Source: a bacterium
GTDB lineage: Bacteria > Patescibacteriota > Dojkabacteria > SC72
Length of the DNA stretch: 64,000 bases
Reading direction: 5' to 3'
Assembly (NCBI GenBank): GCA_021463465.1
Contig: JAJTYH010000003.1
Location: forward strand, 147,549 to 211,548
Shown here piece after piece: positions 57,322-64,000 of the stretch. The notes beneath the pieces are model-generated. The model had not been told where the DNA came from and searched no databases. It saw only the letters and a program-made list of their open reading frames with translations. Every line of letters begins with the position of its first letter. Position 1 is the first letter of the stretch. The translations under genes were made by a program, and so were the position numbers.

Positions 57322-60303
57322 ATGGCGAAGTCAAGAAAACCAAAAGGATTTTCAGATCCACTTGATTCCATATTTGGCTTTATTTTTACTGGCGCTAAAT
57401 CTAAACCAGTAAAGACAAGGCCAACAAGATTTACAGGGGTTAATGCAACCGAGATGTTAAGCCAAGGACTTGCTGAAATTGCAAGTAAACCTGCTAACTA
57501 TGTTAGTTCTGCTCTCATGGAACCCGTTAACCAGTTGGCAAATGGGGTGAAGATTTCAGAGTTTCATCTAGATCGATTTGATGACTCGTTGCTAAAGAAT
57601 CTTGATAACTCAGCAGGTCGTTTTAGAATCCGAGGTGGGGATTTAGCTAAGTTCATGAAGGACCCAAATAAATTTGTTGACTCGGTTTTTCAAGGTGCGG
57701 CTGAGGAACGTAAATGGGCTAGGTATCTTAATATTGGACGAGGGATGGATACCGCGCTGCTCACGGCCTGGGCGAAGAAACAAGGTTTTAGCTCTAAAGA
57801 TGCATTGCAAATAGGTTTGGCAACAAGTAATTTTTTGGGTCCTGACCAAACGCTTGAAGCTAAAAAGAAACAAGCTCAGAACTCAGTTCTAAGATATCTT
57901 GATAGTAGGAGTGGTACATCTAAAGTATCTAAAACGATTTCCAGTCAGACACTTGAAGCATTAGAAAAATATAAAGGAGCTGGGTTTAGGAGTGAGGCAG
58001 AGCTTGAAAAAGTTTTACGTACTGTCCCTGGACTTGCCACTAGAAGTGATTTCTCAACGATAGTTACTGAGATTTTTGATGGCTATGCTGACGAAGCTTA
58101 TGGTAAGAAGGATGCAACTACGGGAGAGAGAAAAGGCGGTAAATGGAATAGTATAGGTGGTGGCTGGTTAACGGATGGCAAATTAAACCGCAATGGTTAC
58201 ATCTCAGTTTTGAATGATAACTATTTACAAAGAGCGAGCCTACTTGATGCGACTGATCCACATCAAGCTCTAGAACAAAGACGGTTGTTGGCGGCAAGGC
58301 AGTCATTATCAACGCTTTTAAGGCTTAAGGGCCCCAGTTTTAATCCGATTGAGGCAAGTGCAACTTTTGGTAGCCAAATCGATAGTATTAATAAAGAAAT
58401 TGAAAAAATGAAAGCTAGGGCTGGAACAGCGGGATTAAACGCCAGACAAAAGATTTACGCATCAAATTTAGAAGGCATTGCAAAACAGATTGAAGCAGCA
58501 ATTGCTGAAGGAGATAAGGCTGCGCAAAGAAAAATGCAACGTAGATGGTTTGGTTTTCAACCTGTTGGTGATTTTTCTGCCTATAGGAAAGCTATGGTTG
58601 CGGATGTTGATTTAGAGATCGAGAGGGCTGGTTGGCAGGCGATATCCCCAGGTCTTTCAGCGTCCAAAAAGGAATACTACAAGAATCTTATAGCATCTTT
58701 AATGCAAAGAAAGAAAGAGTTGAGATCTGCTCCTCTCAGAGATTGGCGAATAATAATTGCTGATACTGTTGGGGCATATAGGTCTATAGATGGAAATATT
58801 AGACAGGGAGGATTAGCTGGTGGAATAATTTCTGGATCGATTTTTACAAATGATTACTTTAGTCCAGCACAAGGTCAAAAGTTTATTGTCAAAAGATTTG
58901 AGAAATCAACATTTGGAAAAGTATGGGAAAACGAAGTTCCAGTAATGAGGGGTGATATTAATCAGAATTATGCATCAATGACAAGCTTGTATTATTTTAC
59001 ACCTGGATCACTTGCCAAAACATTCTTTTTTAATGGTGAAGGTTTTTCTAGATTGCTATTAAGGCAAAGAGTTAATAATCTTAACTCTATTTTGACTCCT
59101 TCTGCATTAAGTAGTCTTAATGGCTTTTTAAACGCATCACCTTCACTCCTAGCTTCGTTAACAAGTGCTGGTTGGGCAAAAGGAGGGAAAGTCAATTTAG
59201 ATGTAGGCTCACTTGTTTACGATTTACCTGGCTTTATGAGCGCCGTTGAGAAAGGTGGAGGTGCTAAAGCACTAGGTCCATTATGGGGGCAACTTACTAA
59301 GGTCTATAATACTGATCAAAACGGTCCAGTGGCTCAAGCACTTCGATTTTTTGGGACACCTCAGAGGAACTTAGTTAAAGTTGCTACATGGTATGAGGCA
59401 ACATTTCGAAAACCTTTCGGCCAATTTTTACATACAAAGGTATACCCTAAAATTTTAGGTAGGAAGTTTGCGGAAAAGATTGCCCTTACAGGGAGTATTA
59501 AAGCCGCTATTTCAGCCATTGTTACTGATGCCTTGGTTGCGTTGGGTGTATCAATTGGTGGACCAATTGGTGCTGTAGCTGCATTTATAGTGACTTTTGT
59601 AGTTGAGGATGTTTTATTAAAAATAGCTAAACCATTAGTTAAACTTTTTTTCCTCGTTTTATGGTCTACGGTATTAGTTATAGTAGCCTTTATAGGTTTT
59701 GTTCTTATAATTTGGCCATCGACTTACCCACTCCCTCAGCAGCATAAACCACCCCTTGATGCGATGGCATGTGGTGGTGGAAACCCTTTTAGTGGTCTTT
59801 ATAATTTCCAAACCGTCCAAGCAAGCAATATCCCAGATGCGCCACCAGGTTCAACATGCCCTATTCTTAGCCCATCAATGTTATGTTCTCAAGGCTCGGG
59901 CCCAGGTTCTTCAAGCTATCACTCTGCAAGGCAAAGTTTGGATATAAGTGCCAGAGGTTTAGCTGATACTGTTTGGTATGCGCCTACCAACGGTACTGTA
60001 GTATCATTTTCTGCGAGAAATATATGTAATGACGGCGCTGACTATGGAGGAGCACTAGTATTTAGAGATAGTGCCGGCACCACATATACTCTTTTACATG
60101 TAAAGGCACTTGCTTCGGGTCCTGTAAGTAAAGGTAAACCAGTAGCAATAATTCAAACGGATTTAATACCTAGTGATTGTTGGACGGGTCCGCACTTCCA
60201 CCTTGACGTACAGACTGGAGGAGGGTTTGTAAATACAGAGACTTGGTATAGGGAGAAGTTAAAATGTAATATCACTAAGGCTGCACCGAGCTGTAATGGA
60301 TAA
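57322..60303 (+). CDS. Giant (993 aa) protein: hydrophilic N-terminal region of about 700 aa, 2-3 TM helices, C-terminal M23/LytM metallopeptidase domain
   Basis: TM segments 'AAISAIVTDALVALGVSIGGPIGAVAAFIVTFVV' and 'FFLVLWSTVLVIVAFIGFVLIIW'. The C-terminal domain carries 'HSARQSLD' (HxxxD), 'GGALVFRDSAGTTYTLLHVKAL' and 'GPHFHLDVQ' (HxH), the M23 zinc-ligand pattern. Confidence 0.6.
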   Translation: MAKSRKPKGFSDPLDSIFGFIFTGAKSKPVKTRPTRFTGVNATEMLSQGLAEIASKPANYVSSALMEPVNQLANGVKISEFHLDRFDDSLLKNLDNSAGRFRIRGGDLAKFMKDPNKFVDSVFQGAAEERKWARYLNIGRGMDTALLTAWAKKQGFSSKDALQIGLATSNFLGPDQTLEAKKKQAQNSVLRYLDSRSGTSKVSKTISSQTLEALEKYKGAGFRSEAELEKVLRTVPGLATRSDFSTIVTEIFDGYADEAYGKKDATTGERKGGKWNSIGGGWLTDGKLNRNGYISVLNDNYLQRASLLDATDPHQALEQRRLLAARQSLSTLLRLKGPSFNPIEASATFGSQIDSINKEIEKMKARAGTAGLNARQKIYASNLEGIAKQIEAAIAEGDKAAQRKMQRRWFGFQPVGDFSAYRKAMVADVDLEIERAGWQAISPGLSASKKEYYKNLIASLMQRKKELRSAPLRDWRIIIADTVGAYRSIDGNIRQGGLAGGIISGSIFTNDYFSPAQGQKFIVKRFEKSTFGKVWENEVPVMRGDINQNYASMTSLYYFTPGSLAKTFFFNGEGFSRLLLRQRVNNLNSILTPSALSSLNGFLNASPSLLASLTSAGWAKGGKVNLDVGSLVYDLPGFMSAVEKGGGAKALGPLWGQLTKVYNTDQNGPVAQALRFFGTPQRNLVKVATWYEATFRKPFGQFLHTKVYPKILGRKFAEKIALTGSIKAAISAIVTDALVALGVSIGGPIGAVAAFIVTFVVEDVLLKIAKPLVKLFFLVLWSTVLVIVAFIGFVLIIWPSTYPLPQQHKPPLDAMACGGGNPFSGLYNFQTVQASNIPDAPPGSTCPILSPSMLCSQGSGPGSSSYHSARQSLDISARGLADTVWYAPTNGTVVSFSARNICNDGADYGGALVFRDSAGTTYTLLHVKALASGPVSKGKPVAIIQTDLIPSDCWTGPHFHLDVQTGGGFVNTETWYREKLKCNITKAAPSCNG

Positions 60304-61345
60304 ACTATTTGAGTTTGTAAAAAACAATAAACAAATTACGATTATTACTGGTGGGATTCTAGTGCTAATTGTACTTGTAATATTTACAATTCTACCTGAA
60401 GGGACTAAAGGTGGTGTTGCGTTAATAGAACAACCACTCTACTTCTATAAATCTAAAAGGATAAGTATACCCGTCAAACTTGCCCAAGATACGAAGGTGA
60501 ACACCAAGCCTTGGAATATTTACCGTATTAAAAATGATAATCAGAATATAAAGGTTGAAGGTATAATAACCAAACTAAATATTGATAATCCTTCTAAAAA
60601 GGTAAGCGGGGGTATCTTGTATGAATGGAGTAATAAGGATGGAGATTTGGTTCAGTACGATGTTAAAACTCAAACAATGAGTTTAGTAATGCAAAATAGG
60701 ATAGAGGTTTTTCCTGAGTTAGGAGTTGCAAGTGATTCTCAGCTAATGGGGCTTTTGACCGATTTTATCCATAAATATGTTGATAACTCGTATGAGTATA
60801 AAGAAGTAAATGTAGTGAAGTTAGGAAATGGATATAAGATTGAAGGTAGAAGATTGGTTAATGGTGTGGCGCTCCAGACTCCTGGTTTAAGCAAGTATCA
60901 TGATTATATTGAGTTAGATAATCAATACAACTTGAAATTAGCGAGGGTTGTGCTAGTTGAACTTGAGAGTGAAATTGCTGATAAAATAAAACTTATTAAA
61001 CCGAATGAACTTGGGAGCGTAGTCTCAAGAGACGCCTATCCAAAGGAATTTAATCAAGACTTCCCGCAAGGATTGGATATTGATAAGGGTAAAAGTGATG
61101 ATTCAAATCAGGACAATCTGGGAGTAGAGATCCCAAAGGTTAGCAATATTACTGTTGAGTCTATGGAAGTTGTATATCTATTTAGTAATGTGGATCAGCA
61201 GTTTCTTGTTCCAGTTTATAGGCTAGAAGGCAAAAGCAGAGTGGTAATTGCTGGGAGGGAGTTTGAACTTAACAGTGTTGTACATGCAAGTGCAATTGAT
61301 CCTGACCATGTATATATACCCTCTAATATACCTTTCGCTCCTTAA
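60296..61345 (+). CDS. TM-anchored extracytoplasmic protein (349 aa), possibly VirB8-like
   Basis: TM 'ITIITGGILVLIVLVIFTIL', then a soluble domain of about 310 aa. It overlaps the upstream gene by 8 nt. Confidence 0.4.
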   Translation: MDKLFEFVKNNKQITIITGGILVLIVLVIFTILPEGTKGGVALIEQPLYFYKSKRISIPVKLAQDTKVNTKPWNIYRIKNDNQNIKVEGIITKLNIDNPSKKVSGGILYEWSNKDGDLVQYDVKTQTMSLVMQNRIEVFPELGVASDSQLMGLLTDFIHKYVDNSYEYKEVNVVKLGNGYKIEGRRLVNGVALQTPGLSKYHDYIELDNQYNLKLARVVLVELESEIADKIKLIKPNELGSVVSRDAYPKEFNQDFPQGLDIDKGKSDDSNQDNLGVEIPKVSNITVESMEVVYLFSNVDQQFLVPVYRLEGKSRVVIAGREFELNSVVHASAIDPDHVYIPSNIPFAP

Positions 61346-61372
61346 GGTATACAAAGTTTTACAAATACTGCT

Positions 61373-62560
61373 ATGATTATCAGTATGAAAAAATTGTTGT
61401 TGGCTATACTATTTTCTTTAATGTTGACTTTAGCTTTTGAGCAGGTGAGTAAGGCGTATACTTTAAGAAGTAGGGAGGAAATGGGGTTTGATGAGAGTAT
61501 TGCAGATCAAAGCCAGACCACAATCGCAGCTCCTTCGAAAATTTTTATTACTCGGGTACTAACTGCCAACGAGGAATATGAGGCTCAAACTGAAATATGG
61601 GTTAAATCATTATATTACTACTCAATTACCCGTTTAGGTTTTCTTGACTTACCATACACCTATTTAGTTGATCGGGATGGTAAGGTTTATGAAGGGAGAG
61701 CTGGTGGTATTTATACTGATCCGGAGACAGTACAAACAGGTGGGCAATTGGTAATAGGTTATCTTTCAAATAGCGAGGATGTAACGGCTTTAGCTAGTCA
61801 ATCCCTACGTCAATTGATTACAGAGATTTCGTATACATACGGTGTGACAAGGTCTGAAGTCCAGATAGGGAAATTAGATATTGCAGAAGGAGGAGAGGTA
61901 GCTAAGACTATTCTCTTAACTGATGGAAGCAGCTTTACTTCAGAGATTGAAACACTGCTTAACAGCTTTACCTATTCCGAAGTAGAGCACATTAAATATC
62001 GTGCTGCGGTTAAATCAGTTACATACGCCAAAACGGTAGAAGCTTCAGAAAAGTTTACTGTTGAAGCTACTCTTATAAATACGAATGATTTCCCCTGGTT
62101 TACTAACAACAATTATATTTATGTTTCTACTCGTAATAAACAAGAATCCCCTTTTGCAGTTAACGGAGTGTGGGATAGCTTTAGTAAACCGGTGGCAATT
62201 ACAGATAAGGTGGTTTTGCCAGGAAAGGAGTTGGTGGTAACCTTTGATATGCAGGCTATGTTACTGCCTGGCAAATACACTGCACGCTTCAATTTGATGA
62301 AGCTTCCTAATGTTCAATTCGCTGGGTCCAACTTTGATGTTGCTTTTGAGATTAAAAAAGGTAGTGCAAAGCTGGTGAGAATCATTGGAATACCATCCTT
62401 GAATGTCCGTGAGTGTATCGGTTCCAATTGTAAGGTTCTTACACAGGTTGCCGAAAATCAGGTGCTTATAATGTTAGAGAAGAATGCGGGTTGGTACAAA
62501 ATTAGATATTCCGAAAAAGCGTCCGGATGGGTGTACGGACAGTACGTTGAGCAGTTATAA
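61373..62560 (+). CDS. Secreted cell-wall-binding protein: amidase_2/PGRP-like domain plus C-terminal SH3b domain
   Basis: Signal peptide. 'PYTYLVDRDGKVYEGRAGGIYTDPE...QLVIGYLSNSED' resembles the N-acetylmuramoyl-L-alanine amidase_2 core. C-terminal 'LNVRECIGSNCKVLTQVAENQVLIMLEKNAGWYKIRYSEKASGWVYGQYV' is an SH3b-type domain. Confidence 0.5.
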   Translation: MIISMKKLLLAILFSLMLTLAFEQVSKAYTLRSREEMGFDESIADQSQTTIAAPSKIFITRVLTANEEYEAQTEIWVKSLYYYSITRLGFLDLPYTYLVDRDGKVYEGRAGGIYTDPETVQTGGQLVIGYLSNSEDVTALASQSLRQLITEISYTYGVTRSEVQIGKLDIAEGGEVAKTILLTDGSSFTSEIETLLNSFTYSEVEHIKYRAAVKSVTYAKTVEASEKFTVEATLINTNDFPWFTNNNYIYVSTRNKQESPFAVNGVWDSFSKPVAITDKVVLPGKELVVTFDMQAMLLPGKYTARFNLMKLPNVQFAGSNFDVAFEIKKGSAKLVRIIGIPSLNVRECIGSNCKVLTQVAENQVLIMLEKNAGWYKIRYSEKASGWVYGQYVEQL

Positions 62561-64000
62561 TGAACTCTGTGTCGACTGATTCAATTCTCCAAAACTTAAA
62601 TCCTCAACAGCAAGAAGCTGTGTTACATACCCAGGGTCCTTTGTTGATTTTTGCTGGTGCTGGCTCGGGAAAAACGAACACCATTACTCGTCGTATTGCA
62701 TACTTAATTGCTCACGAAGGTGTAAGCCCATACGAAATATTAGCAGTTACTTTCACAAAAAAAGCTGCTGGTGAGATGCAAGAAAGAGTGGCCAGAATAT
62801 TGAGGGAGATTGGGTATGAAGGAGATATGAGACCTGTTATGGGAACATTTCATTCTGTTGGAGCACAAATACTCCGAAAAGAAGCGGAATATCTAGGTTT
62901 AGATTCTGGGTTTTCGATTTATGATTCAGATGATTCTGAAGGTATGGTGAAAGAACTTCTGATTAATATGAATTATGACACGAAACAGATAAAGCCAGGA
63001 GTTATATCTGCGTACATAAGTAATGCTAAAAATGAATTAGTAGGTCCGGAGAATTATAAGTATGAATACAGTGGCTATATAGAAGACATTGCTGCTCAGG
63101 TCTATGAGAAGTATCAAGAACAGCTCACCTCTCAAAATGCTGTGGACTTTGGAGATTTGATTTATCTCCCAGTTAAACTTTTTAAGGAGCATCTGGAAAT
63201 TCTCAAGAAGTATCAGGAGAGGTTTAAATATATATTAGTGGATGAGTATCAGGACACTAACAAGGCGCAGTATACTTTTATTAAATTACTTTCCCAAGAG
63301 CATCAGAACATCTGTGTGGTAGGAGATGATGATCAGGGTATATATGCGTGGCGTGGAGCTGATATTAAGAATATTCTTTCATTTGAAAAAGATTTTCCAG
63401 GTGCAAAGATTATTAAATTGGAACAGAATTATCGTTCAAGTGCAACTGTAATACATGCTGCTGTGTCTGTGATTACACAGAATTCCCAACGTGCAGAAAA
63501 AGAATTATGGACCGAACGTGATTTAGGTAACAAGATAATGGTATATCAGGCTAGGGATCCGGAGGATGAAGCAAGATTTGTAGTTGACGAACTGTATTCA
63601 GTTCAGAGAGAAGGTTATACCCTTAATGACTGCGCTATTTTATATCGCACCAATTATCAATCAAGGGCAATTGAAGAGGAGTTATTACGCAGAGGTATTT
63701 CTTATCGTCTTGTCGGAGGTTTTCGCTTTTACGAGCGTAAAGAAATTAAGGACATAATTAGTTATCTCCGCTTTGCTCATAATATTAAAGACGATTTATC
63801 TATCTCACGTATTCTAAATGTTCCGACTCGTAAAGTAGGACCTAAGACTATTCAAGAACTCTTTAAAGTAGCTAGGGGTATAAACGTATCAGTGGGGCAG
63901 TTACTCGTAGCTCTGTATATCAAAGAGGAAGAGAAAAATGACTTTGAGTTTAATGCAGATGTTCTATATAAGGTTGCAAAGTTGGATAGTCTTGATAAGT
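62560..64000 (+). CDS. pcrA: ATP-dependent DNA helicase PcrA/UvrD, 5' portion. The start overlaps the upstream stop (ATAATG). The gene runs off the window.
   Basis: I translated it by hand: 'MNSVSTDSILQNLNPQQQEAVLHTQGPLLIFAGAGSGKTNTITRRIAYLI' (helicase motif I), 'ILVDEYQDTNKAQY' (motif II), 'VVGDDDQGIYAWRGA' (motif III), 'LEQNYRS'. Confidence 0.85.
   Translation, partial: MNSVSTDSILQNLNPQQQEAVLHTQGPLLIFAGAGSGKTNTITRRIAYLIAHEGVSPYEILAVTFTKKAAGEMQERVARILREIGYEGDMRPVMGTFHSVGAQILRKEAEYLGLDSGFSIYDSDDSEGMVKELLINMNYDTKQIKPGVISAYISNAKNELVGPENYKYEYSGYIEDIAAQVYEKYQEQLTSQNAVDFGDLIYLPVKLFKEHLEILKKYQERFKYILVDEYQDTNKAQYTFIKLLSQEHQNICVVGDDDQGIYAWRGADIKNILSFEKDFPGAKIIKLEQNYRSSATVIHAAVSVITQNSQRAEKELWTERDLGNKIMVYQARDPEDEARFVVDELYSVQREGYTLNDCAILYRTNYQSRAIEEELLRRGISYRLVGGFRFYERKEIKDIISYLRFAHNIKDDLSISRILNVPTRKVGPKTIQELFKVARGINVSVGQLLVALYIKEEEKNDFEFNADVLYKVAKLDSLDK

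Noticed and set aside
57322-60303. Interpreting the 993-aa protein with the M23 domain as a phage tape-measure protein, and the locus as a prophage
   Set aside because: There are no capsid, terminase, portal, tail-tube or integrase genes anywhere in the window. The neighbours are envelope proteins and pcrA.

Overview
This 64-kb window is dense, mostly co-directional coding sequence with short or overlapping gene junctions. The composition looks AT-rich (my estimate is roughly 40% GC, not computed). I found no rRNA, tRNA, CRISPR array, transposase or integrase.

The overall picture fits a small, streamlined, monoderm genome. The evidence is shortened essential proteins (IF-2 of 506 aa, AlaRS of 602 aa without the C-Ala domain), membrane-anchored solute-binding proteins, and a sortase/LCP/MltG envelope toolkit. 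A Patescibacteria/CPR-like genome is my inference, not something I can prove here.

Recognisable housekeeping genes:
- MurJ C-terminal fragment at the 5' edge
- groES-groEL behind a clear sigma-70 promoter and a CIRCE-like 9-9-9 inverted repeat
- a folD-sufS-sufU run, continued by a stand-alone DEDDy exonuclease and a Lon-derived AAA+ ATPase
- recF and lepA
- rpsT, holA-like, an LCP protein, mltG, ruvX and alaS
- dnaJ
- nusA-ylxR-infB, then a degenerate DHH-like gene, then rpsO-pnp
- rsmE and an rsmB-like gene
- two ABC half-transporters, one with degenerate ATPase motifs
- a 5'-partial pcrA/uvrD at the 3' edge

The accessory content is more interesting:
1. A minimal VirB4-centred type-IV-secretion-like module lies on the minus strand at 13.1-17.1 kb. 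It has a VirB3/PrgI-like two-TM protein fused to a transthyretin-like domain, a 208-aa protein, and a VirB4 ATPase. There is no VirD4, relaxase or VirB6.
2. A long, tightly packed plus-strand envelope locus runs from 48.6 to 62.6 kb. It encodes a 1150-aa Cys-rich protein with an internal repeat, and paralogous proteins starting with a TM anchor plus an FN3-like domain. It also encodes a Cys-rich secreted protein and a VirB6/TrbL-like polytopic membrane protein. The remaining genes are a 993-aa protein ending in an M23/LytM peptidase domain, a TM-anchored protein, and an amidase_2-like plus SH3b protein. Together these look like a previously undescribed envelope-spanning, cell-wall-remodelling apparatus, possibly the channel half of the T4SS-like system.
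3. A sortase sits next to surface-protein genes. Two distant surface proteins carry a C-terminal '[ST]PETAL + TM + basic tail' motif that looks like a variant sorting signal.

The noncoding regions at 39.35-40.07 kb contain an extended -10 promoter and a strong intrinsic terminator immediately upstream of nusA.
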